Positions 1 to 8,892 of a DNA stretch of 64,000 nt are shown here, piece by piece. Below the pieces are notes generated by a model. That model had not been told where the DNA came from. It saw only the letters and a program-made list of their open reading frames with translations, and ran no database searches. Both the position numbers and the translations under genes were made by a program. The stretch is taken from contig JBAYLD010000001.1 of assembly GCA_041664265.1 (NCBI GenBank), positions 134,358 to 198,357 on the forward strand, in the 5' to 3' direction. The stretch comes from Minisyncoccota bacterium (GTDB lineage: Bacteria > Patescibacteriota > Minisyncoccia > Phycocordibacterales > Phycocordibacteraceae). Numbering within the stretch: position 1 is the stretch's first letter; each line of letters starts with the position of its first letter.

Positions 1-88
1 CGACATGTGGCGATTAGCCACTCAACGCCTGGCATACCGGCAGAGCCTCACGGTTACCCGACCATTTCTGATAATGATTTCGTACTTC

Positions 89-583
89 TCACAATTGCGC
101 GACCATCATCCCCAGCGCAATCGCGTCAAACCGGTTTCGGTGATAAGTTGCCTTCCACTTCCTGTCCTGGGTCAGGTACACCTTGAGTTCCGGATAACGG
201 AGGGCGACGGCCCTTGCCACTTCTTCCTTACCTGCCCGGCCATTTCCGCAGACGAACTTCCGAACGGTATTCGGGGCGTATGTCACCACGCTCAGTCCTT
301 TCCGTCTCCCCAGCGCCCCGATCTCGGTGGTAAAGGTGTTGAGGAGTTCACCATTTCGGTCATTGGCGAAGTACGTCTTTTCGACCGCCAATATCTGCGG
401 CCGAAAATCTTTGATCAGTCTGGCGATGATCTTTTGCCCCTCCCGCAACGCTTCTTGGGGCGATTGTCGCTTCGGTATCATCTTCACGTCGTGGTAGATG
501 ATTTTGTCGCTCTCCAGTAGGGCGACCCCGATCACCCTGGTGCCGGGATCGATGGCTAAGATTTTTCTATGGTTGTTGGTCAT
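89..583 (-). CDS. RuvC-like Holliday junction resolvase / RNase H-fold nuclease
   Basis: ILAIDPG, LAVEK, VRKFVCGNGRAGKEEV and FDAIALG match the RuvC motif order. Confidence 0.8.
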   Translation of the reverse strand: MTNNHRKILAIDPGTRVIGVALLESDKIIYHDVKMIPKRQSPQEALREGQKIIARLIKDFRPQILAVEKTYFANDRNGELLNTFTTEIGALGRRKGLSVVTYAPNTVRKFVCGNGRAGKEEVARAVALRYPELKVYLTQDRKWKATYHRNRFDAIALGMMVAQL

Positions 584-606
584 GGTTTTGAGGCAAGATG
601 AGAAGA

Positions 607-1134
607 TTAATTTTCTTCGTCCGCCTGCCGTTGATTACTGATAAGGAAATTCTGGAAACATATGTGGCCCAGGGCAACCGCCTCAAAGAGTCTCAGGTGG
701 TATGGATTCCGATTTCTTTTCTCCCGTTCCAATTCGCGGAAAAGAGCCGGATATTCAGACGCCAGAAGCTCAGACAGGTCTTTTTTGTTGATACGGTATC
801 CCGGAGAGATAACGCTCTCCAGTTCTTTGACTGAGTAAGAACAGACCCTCATCCGATGCTTCCGACAAGCGGCCTCGATTCTTGACGCCATCATTCTGAG
901 ATTTGGCGAACTCCTGGAAGGGTGGAGTTCCTTGATCGCCAGCATAGTGGGAGCGTATCTTTCGATAAAGTGAGAGACAATCGAGCTCACCTTATCAAGC
1001 TTTGCTTTTTTGTCCTTCCCCGGCATGTTTTTCAATCGCCATTCTTTGAGACCCGCGCAATCAAAGATGGCGATTCCCAGGTATCTCCATCCGGGATTGA
1101 TTGCTATAACTGTAAAGGATCTATTTTTGTGCAT
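607..1134 (-). CDS. RuvC-like paralog with degenerate catalytic residues
   Basis: VIAINPG (D->N), LAIKE, FEAVALG; collinear with the neighbouring RuvC-like ORF. Confidence 0.65.
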   Translation of the reverse strand: MHKNRSFTVIAINPGWRYLGIAIFDCAGLKEWRLKNMPGKDKKAKLDKVSSIVSHFIERYAPTMLAIKELHPSRSSPNLRMMASRIEAACRKHRMRVCSYSVKELESVISPGYRINKKDLSELLASEYPALFRELEREKRNRNPYHLRLFEAVALGHICFQNFLISNQRQADEEN

Positions 1135-1924
1135 GGTGTTTGACCAGATAGTTGAATAAGGCTCCCCTGTTCTTCCTGACCTTGTCCGTCGGTAATTTCA
1201 CGGCTTCATCGAAAGCTCTCTTGATGATTTCCAAGGGGTATTTACGGACATAGGAAAGATAAAGGGGCCGGTTTTCCCCGTCTTTGAATGCATCGCAAAT
1301 CTCGTGGGCAAGAAAGTCTCGATCATTCTTAGGACCTATAGGAGTCTCCTGAGGGACAACGTTATTATCGTTATTTATATTTTTATTTATCGTTATATCG
1401 TTAGCATTTCGGTGCACGCCGGGATTGCTGCTTAGATGCTGGATTTCCCGCCCTTTTTGCCCCGCTTCCGAGTGACATTCTTTTGCCACTCTGCCTGCCA
1501 TGAATCCGCCACCCTGTCTGTCGTAAGAATGACCATTTGGAAGAGTTTTCCACTTGTTAATCACAACTGTCAGGCATCTCCCGCTGCTCTCGGTCGTAAT
1601 ATATCCGCCCTTGCGCAAGCTATTGAGCCAGGTTCTGATGGTCCTGGTTTTGACGCCGGTCTCGCGGCTGATTGTCGAGAATTTCCTTTTCAGACTGCCT
1701 GTTTTGCGGTCCGCACACAGAAAGAAATACAGGAGGAGCCAGATAGCGCTTTTGATTCTTTTATAGTGCCTGCCGTCTCCGTCGAGAAAGAGACCTTTCC
1801 AGACAGGCGCCCACCAGTTGGGAACCGCATTGCCGGCCGGCTTTGATCCTTCTGCACCATCCATGCAAGGGGGCTTAATAGCCCTTGGTGCGCTCCATGT
1901 TGTCGATGAGACCTTCATTGACAT
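1121..1924 (-). CDS. Replication-initiator-like winged-HTH protein of a mobile element
   Basis: WLLLYFF...ISRETGVKTRTIRTWLNSLRKGGYI HTH, an N-rich linker and a C-terminal RGALFNYLV segment resemble phage replisome organisers. Confidence 0.5.
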   Translation of the reverse strand: MSMKVSSTTWSAPRAIKPPCMDGAEGSKPAGNAVPNWWAPVWKGLFLDGDGRHYKRIKSAIWLLLYFFLCADRKTGSLKRKFSTISRETGVKTRTIRTWLNSLRKGGYITTESSGRCLTVVINKWKTLPNGHSYDRQGGGFMAGRVAKECHSEAGQKGREIQHLSSNPGVHRNANDITINKNINNDNNVVPQETPIGPKNDRDFLAHEICDAFKDGENRPLYLSYVRKYPLEIIKRAFDEAVKLPTDKVRKNRGALFNYLVKHHAQK

Positions 1925-2196
1925 TCAAGCATCCGTTTTAGCTTCACCTCCTTGGTCTCGATTTCTCGTTCCAGTTCCCGGTGAAGATCACGAAAGAGAA
2001 AGGCGGCGGGGGCGTGATAGATAATCTCCAGCTTGAGCGCGTTGGTCAGATTGGGACACTTCACTCCCCGCTCGTAATGGGAAAGCTGAGAGGTTGTTTT
2101 GTGACCCAGAAAATATGCCACCCTCTTTTGTGTGAGGCCGCCCTGTTTGCGAAAGGTCCAAAGATTGTTCTGGATAATGCTTTTTGACATATTCAT
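1915..2196 (-). CDS. XRE-family HTH transcriptional regulator
   Basis: NNLWTFRKQGGLTQKRVAYFLG...LSHYERGVKCPNL is an XRE signature. Confidence 0.8.
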   Translation of the reverse strand: MNMSKSIIQNNLWTFRKQGGLTQKRVAYFLGHKTTSQLSHYERGVKCPNLTNALKLEIIYHAPAAFLFRDLHRELEREIETKEVKLKRMLECQ

Positions 2197-2794
2197 CCGT
2201 TATGATGAACATGTTCAATGTAACAAGCCTGTCTGAGCGGAGAAGGAGGGATAATTTGCTTCAAGGGGCATATCCTGTGGACAAACACCTTGGCGGTAAG
2301 AGAGATCGCTGGCTGGACAATACTATCCGAATTTCAACGGCTGCGATGTGCCTCGCTAATCTACCCAGACCCTATGCGTAATAACAACCTGCTGTAGGAG
2401 AGATCAGTTGATTCCACCTGGTACGCACGGTTTCAAAAAATGCCGTAACGCCGTGATTACTCATGGCCGAAGTACTCCGATTTGACATATGGACGGCGCT
2501 TTTTTTCTCCAGAAGGACGTGCAAGCTATGCAACCGCAAAAACCACCGTCTTGCGGCGTTTGCGTTTACGACCGTTTGTCACTTTTTCCCGCACTGCTCT
2601 TTGACCTTATAATGCCCGTGGAAACCGCCACAACGGTTGACCACGGGTTGCCCAAAAAGTGACCAAAGGTGATTATACCTGACAATTTGTGAGTACGATT
2701 GAGAATTACGGTTTTTCTGATAATTCTTTTGATCTGCGCGATATTTCGCGTACTTGTTGATTAGATTTCCGACTCGCCACTTTTGCACTCTGAA

Positions 2795-2817
2795 GGTTCG
2801 AGTCCCACTCTCGGCAC
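2795..2817 (+). repeat. Isolated tRNA 3'-end fragment, putative att site
   Basis: ggttcgagtcccactctcggcac is a T-loop plus acceptor 3' strand with no 5' half upstream. Confidence 0.6.
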
Positions 2818-2929
2818 TTGAAGTGATTTTGTGGCCACAGATAATCCAGTTGCCGTCGCAACTGGATTTCCGCGACCCCGCCTCGCCGTGCTCGAAAGCT
2901 CGCACATGGCTCCGGCTCGCACCAGTAAT

Positions 2930-2957
2930 CAAAAACAGCACGTACGTGCTGTTTTTG
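2930..2957. terminator. Palindromic terminator downstream of tRNA-Lys
   Basis: caaaaacagcacgtacgtgctgtttttg is a perfect palindrome with A/T tails. Confidence 0.6.
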
Positions 2958-2960
2958 TTC

Positions 2961-3036
2961 TGGTGCGCCCACCAGGGCTCGAACCTGGGACCTTATCCTT
3001 AAGAGGGATCTGCTCTACCAACTGAGCTATGGGCGC
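2961..3036 (-). tRNA. tRNA-Lys(CTT)
   Basis: Cloverleaf gcgccca...tgggcgc-acca; anticodon loop ctCTTaa. Confidence 0.92.
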
Positions 3037-3099
3037 AACTATAACCTATCTAGAATATACCAAATCATAGTATGATTTGAAAGTCAGGAAAAAACATCT

Positions 3100-3181
3100 G
3101 GGCGAGTAGCCGAATTGGTACAGGCGCATGGCTTAGGACCATGTCTCGCAAGAGGTGAGGGTTCGACTCCCTCCTCGCCCA
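3100..3181 (+). tRNA. tRNA-Leu(TAG)
   Basis: gggcgag acceptor, catgg-ctTAGga-ccatg, long variable arm. Confidence 0.93.
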
Positions 3182-3187
3182 CAGCAC

Positions 3188-3215
3188 TTGACTTTTTAAC
3201 CGTTTTGTGTATTAT
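3188..3215 (+). promoter_or_regulatory. Sigma70-type promoter for the SPFH cassette
   Basis: TTGACT-16 nt-TATTAT with an extended -10 TG. Confidence 0.5.
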
Positions 3216-3283
3216 AGACAGCAGAAACGAGCAGTTCTTTGACTCGTTCAAAAATCAAAAAACGAAGGGAAAGGAGAAGAGTG

Positions 3284-4291
3284 ATGGCTAAGAGAAGAAC
3301 AGGATATCGCATAGACTTGCGGCCCCCCTATGACAAGCAGGTAAAGACGAGGAACCGTTTTTCGCGATTCCTGAACTTTATCACTTCAACCGCATTCTTA
3401 ATTGGTATACCTATGGCTTTCACGGGCTACTGGGGATCCATGTTCGGACATGCGCCTATCGGACTGTTAGTTGGGTTTGGTATCGGGGGTGCGTTTGTCG
3501 CACAGTTAGCACCGAGTCGAATGTTCGTCTACAACCCTGAATGGACTGGGTACGTCACTCAGGACATTTTTAGGGGGACGATGATTCCTTACGGTCCGGG
3601 ATTCCACTTCTCGCATTGGTGGGAGGAACGGAACAAACAAGGCAATTATTCGCTCAAAGTCATCACACGTGATTTCAGAGCGGACGTGGCGACACAGACT
3701 GCAAAGGTGGAGATCAGCGGCAAGTACGAATATGCCATTGACCTCGCTCTCATCGTACGAGCAATTGGTGTTGACGAGACGACAATTGAAAGTGGCATCA
3801 CCGCGTTTATCGAAAGTTTCCTCACTAGTCAGTGCGCAGGGGAAAACGCCGATGATGTACGCAAGTCGATTGATAAACTCAATGACAACCTCGCGGACGA
3901 GTTTATGTGCCTGCAAGAACAACACGAAAATTTCGAGTGCGAAGAAGAAAACAAAGAACTTGCGAGTTTCGGGAACAAATACGGATTTATAACCGTGAGT
4001 GTTGTCATTGATAACATCAAACTCCCTGAAGCGGCCCAGAAAACACGCGATGCTATAGACGAAGCGGTGGCCCTCCACTCGGTAGTAGCCGCTATGTATG
4101 GCATCTCGTCCGAAGAGCTGAAAAACATGCTCGCATCGAAAACGATCTCGGTTAAGGATTACAACACCATGTTGAACCGAGCTCTCGCCGCATCGGACAA
4201 CGCCAAGATGAATCTCAACGTCATCGAGGCGGACATTCCTGCCTTAATAGGGAAACTCGCCGATCAATTCACGAAAGGAGGTAGATCATGA
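3284..4291 (+). CDS. SPFH/band-7-like membrane protein
   Basis: Two N-terminal TM segments, PYGPGFHFSHWWE, YGFITVSVVIDNIKLP; SD aaggag before ATG 3284. Confidence 0.6.
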   Translation: MAKRRTGYRIDLRPPYDKQVKTRNRFSRFLNFITSTAFLIGIPMAFTGYWGSMFGHAPIGLLVGFGIGGAFVAQLAPSRMFVYNPEWTGYVTQDIFRGTMIPYGPGFHFSHWWEERNKQGNYSLKVITRDFRADVATQTAKVEISGKYEYAIDLALIVRAIGVDETTIESGITAFIESFLTSQCAGENADDVRKSIDKLNDNLADEFMCLQEQHENFECEEENKELASFGNKYGFITVSVVIDNIKLPEAAQKTRDAIDEAVALHSVVAAMYGISSEELKNMLASKTISVKDYNTMLNRALAASDNAKMNLNVIEADIPALIGKLADQFTKGGRS

Positions 4292-4737
4292 GATTCTCCG
4301 AAGCAAAAAGTAGTGCAGAGGCAGAAGGAACCGAAAAAGCAAAAAGGTTTCGTAAGACGGCGCGGCGCGCAATTGTCGCCATCACAGTTTTCGTCATATT
4401 AGTCCCCATAACGTATATGGTGGCCGACTGGAAAAAAACATCCGAGACGGAAACGGCGCGCCAAGAGGCACCGAGTTCGATCCCGCTCGCGAGCAAGCTC
4501 GCGGTGGCGGAACGACCGAAGTTGGTTATGCCGCCACGAGGGAGGTCTGAAGAGATCCCCCGCGCGCCCGGGATGCGCATCGTGATGGATGGAGACAATT
4601 TCCGTCTCCACAACGTGTATCAGGACGGGACGGAGTGCGCCTCCGAGGATGCCTGTCCTGACGGACCCCTGCGAGGAGTGTACGCCACGAACGAGTCCGA
4701 CAAGGAAAATATTGTCGCATGGGCGTACGTTGAATGA
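4288..4737 (+). CDS. Hypothetical single-TM protein
   Basis: SD ggagg, ATGA overlap with the upstream stop, one TM helix. Confidence 0.65.
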   Translation: MRFSEAKSSAEAEGTEKAKRFRKTARRAIVAITVFVILVPITYMVADWKKTSETETARQEAPSSIPLASKLAVAERPKLVMPPRGRSEEIPRAPGMRIVMDGDNFRLHNVYQDGTECASEDACPDGPLRGVYATNESDKENIVAWAYVE

Positions 4738-4754
4738 TTTTGATCTTTAAACCG

Positions 4755-4790
4755 CAAGGCCTGCACTCTGTGCAGGCCTTGTTTCTTTTT
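4755..4790 (+). terminator. Intrinsic terminator
   Basis: caaggcctgcac/gtgcaggccttg stem followed by a T tract. Confidence 0.7.
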
Positions 4791-4812
4791 ACCCGCGGAA
4801 GCAAGGCTCCCG

Positions 4813-5082
4813 CTATGGAGAAATCCTCTGTATCGGGTCGAGGCTGAAGGTGCCAAGCGCGATATTGATGATACCGTACGCGCCGAAGATGATCACCAGG
4901 CCGATGACGCCCCAAAAGATGGCGAGGCGGCCTTCTTCCCTCTTCTTTGGGTCTCCCGCGTGCCAGACGAACTCAAATGTGCCCCAGAGGAGCACAACAA
5001 ATGCCGCCGCCGAGAGGAGCAGAATAATCGGGTTGATAATCTGCGCGACGACCTTGTCGAGAAATTGGTTGAGGACGGACAT
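4813..5082 (-). CDS. VirB2/TrbC-like pilin
   Basis: Two-TM hairpin with GDPKKREEGRLAIFWGVIGL. Confidence 0.75.
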   Translation of the reverse strand: MSVLNQFLDKVVAQIINPIILLLSAAAFVVLLWGTFEFVWHAGDPKKREEGRLAIFWGVIGLVIIFGAYGIINIALGTFSLDPIQRISP

Positions 5083-5086
5083 TTAC

Positions 5087-5464
5087 CTAGCCGCCGATCT
5101 GGACGCCTGCCGAGGGAGTGCCGCCCGCAGGGCCGGCATTGTTGCCGAAGTTGATGGTGCCCGTGAGGATGTTCACCAAGCCCCAGACCGAGACCATCAC
5201 GAAGAATCCAATAAGACCCCAGAGCATGAGATTCTTGCCCTTATCCTTTACTGCAGAGTCCTGCGCGCCCAAAATAAACGCCTGAAACGCGCCCCAAAGG
5301 AAGACGATGAAGGCGATAGCGAAGAGGACCGGAACAATGATGTTATTGATCGTGTCGATGATGAACGAGCCGACATCTGCGACGTCGTTGATCTGGGCGA
5401 ACGCGACCAAGGGCAGGGCGAGCGCGGAGAGTGTTGCTGAAGTAAGGGAGAGGATTTTTTTCAT
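5087..5464 (-). CDS. VirB2/TrbC-like pilin with signal peptide
   Basis: Signal ending AFA-Q; KDKGKNLMLWGLIGFFVMVSVWGLV. Confidence 0.8.
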   Translation of the reverse strand: MKKILSLTSATLSALALPLVAFAQINDVADVGSFIIDTINNIIVPVLFAIAFIVFLWGAFQAFILGAQDSAVKDKGKNLMLWGLIGFFVMVSVWGLVNILTGTINFGNNAGPAGGTPSAGVQIGG

Positions 5465-5549
5465 AAAATAAGTAATGGTTAACAGGGTAATTGTAGCTTG
5501 TCTGCCCCGCCGGTCAATATGTTTCCGCGCAGTTTGTGGATAGCCTTAA

Positions 5550-6461
5550 TTAATAGTTATCGTTGTAATAATCGTATTCTGGCGGGGTGTTGTAATTGTC
5601 ATTGTAATAATCGTAACCGCTGTCGTTCATGGCGGCGGTGCAGGTGTAACTGACCGGATCGCAATCCAGATTAGTGAAGCAGTCTGTCTTGGTCTCACAA
5701 GCCGAGCCGACAGACCCCGGGAGAGGATCGTTGCTTGTGCTGAAGTCGAGATTGCCAAAATCGCTGTCCCACTGGCTCGCGCTCGTCCTATTGCCGCGAC
5801 TGTCGATACACTGGCCAGCTAGAATATCGCACTCGCCACCACCCGTTGCCCTGTTCGCTTCAAGACAGGCTTCACACCAGGCAGGTGTGGCACCAGGATT
5901 GACGTTAGCGCCTCCCAAATTCTCATATCTGCTATGGGCCTGCTCGTATGCCTGGAGGGCCGTTTGGCATTGTGGGCTTGACCCGGCATAACGCGCCGCA
6001 CAGTCTTCATACGCGCTCTGCGTCTGCTGAAGAACTGTGAACGCCTGATTCTGCGCCGGCGTGCCACCGCTCGAGCTGTAGTAGTACCCGCCAGTGCGGC
6101 TACCGCCGTAGGTGCCAGAACTCGGGAAATATGAGTTCCCCGCCGCGGGCTTACCTGTGCCGCCGCCGATGGTCGGGAAGAGCGGTACATTCGTGGCAGT
6201 GAGGTTCAACGTACCCATAAAGATCTGTACAATGCCCCAGACCGAGAAGAGAACGACGAAGCCGATAATGCCGTAGAGGGCGAACCAGCGCCCGGTCTCT
6301 TGCGCCTTCGGGTCATCAGCGCCTTTGATGAAATAGGTATAGACACCCCAGAGGAAGACGATAAAGGCAATCGAGATAAGTATCGGGACGAGAATATTAT
6401 TGATCAGCCCGATGATGCTGTCAGAGTAACCTTGGATATAGGTGGTGTTGATACCGTTCAT
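5550..6461 (-). CDS. Pilin-like protein with long Gly/Cys-rich C-terminal extension
   Basis: N-terminal pilin core (ADDPKAQETGRWFALYGIIG), then Cys-rich segments and a YDYYNDNY repeat. Confidence 0.75.
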   Translation of the reverse strand: MNGINTTYIQGYSDSIIGLINNILVPILISIAFIVFLWGVYTYFIKGADDPKAQETGRWFALYGIIGFVVLFSVWGIVQIFMGTLNLTATNVPLFPTIGGGTGKPAAGNSYFPSSGTYGGSRTGGYYYSSSGGTPAQNQAFTVLQQTQSAYEDCAARYAGSSPQCQTALQAYEQAHSRYENLGGANVNPGATPAWCEACLEANRATGGGECDILAGQCIDSRGNRTSASQWDSDFGNLDFSTSNDPLPGSVGSACETKTDCFTNLDCDPVSYTCTAAMNDSGYDYYNDNYNTPPEYDYYNDNY

Positions 6462-6476
6462 AGCTCAGGGATAGGG

Positions 6477-6869
6477 TTAAAACGATTTCGGGAGCGGAGG
6501 CGCCGAGAAGCCCGCGAGACCGAAGGTGTTTGCGACCACATTCACGAGCCCCCAGATGGAGATCATAACCACAAATGCGATGATGCCCCAGAGGATAAGC
6601 TTGTGACCTTTCGCGACTTCTCCCGGCTCGCCGCTAGAGAATATATATGACTTAGCGATGCCGTAGAGGAAGACGATAAAGGAGATAGCGAAGAGGACCG
6701 GCACCAAGACAAGGTTGATGATAGAGAGAACAAGGTTCCCGAGCCAGCAGATGTAGACGTCACAGCCAGCGATAGCTGGCCCACCGAGGAAGTCGTCTGC
6801 AAAAACGAGCGAAGGAGCGAGAAACGCGGCGGCGAATACCGCAGCTCGGGCGATTGGTTTAAGCTTCAT
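6477..6869 (-). CDS. VirB2/TrbC-like pilin with signal peptide
   Basis: KGHKLILWGIIAFVVMISIWGLV. Confidence 0.75.
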   Translation of the reverse strand: MKLKPIARAAVFAAAFLAPSLVFADDFLGGPAIAGCDVYICWLGNLVLSIINLVLVPVLFAISFIVFLYGIAKSYIFSSGEPGEVAKGHKLILWGIIAFVVMISIWGLVNVVANTFGLAGFSAPPLPKSF

Positions 6870-6888
6870 ATGAGTGCAGTATGACATG

Positions 6889-7161
6889 TTATGCGGCAGG
6901 CGCGATGCCGAGCGTGGATAACAAGAGATTTACCAGCCCCCAGACCGAGAAGAACACCGCCATCCCGAGAGCTCCCCAGAGGATGAAGTCACGGCCCTCT
7001 GCAATCTTCTTCGTATCGCCGTCGTTATTAAGGAAGAAGTACCGCACGACACCCCAAACAAACGCGGCGAAGATGAACGCGCCAATCGTCGGCACGACGA
7101 TGGTGTTGATGACGCCGATTATGCCGGTCGAGCCGTCGCCAATGAATTGGGCGAAGGTCAT
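6889..7161 (-). CDS. VirB2/TrbC-like pilin
   Basis: KIAEGRDFILWGALGMAVFFSVWGLV. Confidence 0.75.
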   Translation of the reverse strand: MTFAQFIGDGSTGIIGVINTIVVPTIGAFIFAAFVWGVVRYFFLNNDGDTKKIAEGRDFILWGALGMAVFFSVWGLVNLLLSTLGIAPAA

Positions 7162-7162
7162 G

Positions 7163-7585
7163 CTAGTTGCCGGTAGCGATCGCCTGCACGGTTGCCGAGA
7201 TGCCGAGCGCTATTGCCTGTGCGCCGAGCAGTATCAAGGCGCCCACAACCGTCCACAGTAGCGCTCGGCGCGCTTCTTCTATCTTCCCCGGAACGCCTCT
7301 CGCGGCGACGAACAGGTAGCCGATATACACCAATATCAGGATGATCGCGATAGTGCCGATACGGACGACCAACTGCAGGATCTTGTCGAGCAGACCAAAG
7401 AGGCCGACTCCCTCACCGAGCGGGTTGACGAGAGTGACGACAGTACCGCGGGAACCGCTCGTATTTCGTACGCTTGTCTGGGTCTGTGATGATTGGTCCC
7501 GAACAGATGTTTGCGGCGCGGCGAGCACCACAGGAGCGAGCATGAAAAACATAAGGAGAACGGCGGTAGCAAAACGCATAGTCAT
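7163..7585 (-). CDS. VirB2/TrbC-like pilin with signal peptide
   Basis: LVNPLG...ARGVPGKIEEARRALLWTVVGALILLGA. Confidence 0.75.
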   Translation of the reverse strand: MTMRFATAVLLMFFMLAPVVLAAPQTSVRDQSSQTQTSVRNTSGSRGTVVTLVNPLGEGVGLFGLLDKILQLVVRIGTIAIILILVYIGYLFVAARGVPGKIEEARRALLWTVVGALILLGAQAIALGISATVQAIATGN

Positions 7586-8889
7586 TGTTGCAAAAGTGCG
7601 TTCAAAGAGCGCCCGGCAGAAGCGAGCGCCGCAGCGAGTGTCGAACGGCCGCTTATCACTCCTCCAATCATACTCGAGAAAACCACATCCGTGTCAGCAG
7701 GCAGTGGGGACAGCCATCCTTTTGCATAGAGGGCCTCGGCATAGGCAACCGCGGCCACTGGATCATCGGGCGCAACAGCGAGCCCATTTAACACGGTTGG
7801 CGCGAGCCCTGTCTCTGCGGCCGCAACAGCCTGCTCCTCTAGATTCGTGAGAAGCGCGGCGGCCTGATACGCTCCCGAAGCGTTTTTAGCGCCATTTGGG
7901 ATCATGAACGCATACACCAAGCCATACACACTCTTCGTCTCGGCAGTCGCCGGCTGCGGCAGAGGCGCGACACCGAAGGTGAGGTTCGGATTCGCCGCCG
8001 CGAAGAAACGTGCCTCAGAAGCATACCCGATATAGAGCGCGAGATCGCCTGCAAGAAATGCCTGTTGGGAGTCCGGCAAGGAGGCATTCCAGGTGTACGA
8101 GACTTTCGACGGATCGGCAAACTGCGTATAGAAGCCGAGCACCGCCTGTCCAACCGGCGCGCCGGCGCCGCCCGAAAGCTTCTCGCCTAAATCAGCAACG
8201 AGATCACCGCTGAATGAATATGAGGAGATTGGCGCGCCCGTTTGGAGGAAGAGTGTGGAGAGTATACCCCGCGCGTTGTGCACATTATCATAGGTGCCCA
8301 GTGCGATGAGTCCGCGCGTGATCTGCCGCGCAGGAGTGAGAACCGCAGTGCCCGGCACCAGGCCGGTCAACGCCTCCCAGGTCGCAGGCGGCCTCGCGAT
8401 GCCGTTTGAAGCGAGAAGGGAGCGATTTGAGAAGAGTACCAGCGGGTCGACAAGGAACGGTATGCCGTAGTAGCCGTCTGGAGCCGCGAAGAGCTCCCCC
8501 TCCCCAATGAAGGTGTTCGTAAAGGCGGCTGCGGAGAGGGTGCTGGACGGTATCGGCATAATGAACTTCGCGATTGCATGAAGCTCTTCCTGCGAAGCGA
8601 GCACGAGATCGGGTGCGGCTCCCGTCGCTATCGCCGCGGCGAGATCGTTCTGAAGCGTCGCAGAATCCTTTTGCACATACGATACGCTCTTAAGCGCCGT
8701 TGCGGACTTTGCGATTTCAACGAGAGCAGACTGCACACCCTCCTTCGGCAAGGTACCCCAGATAACGACCGCCCCGACCGCGTCTTCTTTGCTGCCATCA
8801 CTTGTGTATGTTGCGAAGACGAAGAGACCGATGAGCGCGGCGAGGCCGAACACGCCGAGTAAAACACCTTGGAAGAGAGAGATTTTCAT
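7582..8889 (-). CDS. Extracellular solute-binding protein (SBP family 1-like)
   Basis: N-terminal TM; GAAPDL, YGIPFLVDPLVLFSNR, PPATWE, AFLAGDLAL. Confidence 0.8.
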   Translation of the reverse strand: MKISLFQGVLLGVFGLAALIGLFVFATYTSDGSKEDAVGAVVIWGTLPKEGVQSALVEIAKSATALKSVSYVQKDSATLQNDLAAAIATGAAPDLVLASQEELHAIAKFIMPIPSSTLSAAAFTNTFIGEGELFAAPDGYYGIPFLVDPLVLFSNRSLLASNGIARPPATWEALTGLVPGTAVLTPARQITRGLIALGTYDNVHNARGILSTLFLQTGAPISSYSFSGDLVADLGEKLSGGAGAPVGQAVLGFYTQFADPSKVSYTWNASLPDSQQAFLAGDLALYIGYASEARFFAAANPNLTFGVAPLPQPATAETKSVYGLVYAFMIPNGAKNASGAYQAAALLTNLEEQAVAAAETGLAPTVLNGLAVAPDDPVAAVAYAEALYAKGWLSPLPADTDVVFSSMIGGVISGRSTLAAALASAGRSLNALLQQ

Positions 8890-8892
8890 AGA

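Larger units (their letters stand above)
1..2817. mobile_element. Right-hand end of a putative tRNA-integrated element (prophage/ICE-like island)
   Basis: HTH regulator, replication-initiator-like gene and two RuvC-fold genes, ending at an isolated tRNA 3'-end fragment (2795-2817). No integrase is visible in the window. Confidence 0.6.

Noticed and set aside
2200-2790. ORFs and imperfect inverted repeats in the island's non-coding end
   Set aside because: The ORFs lack recognisable motifs. The inverted repeat near 2615-2646 is too weak to call an oriT or arm site.
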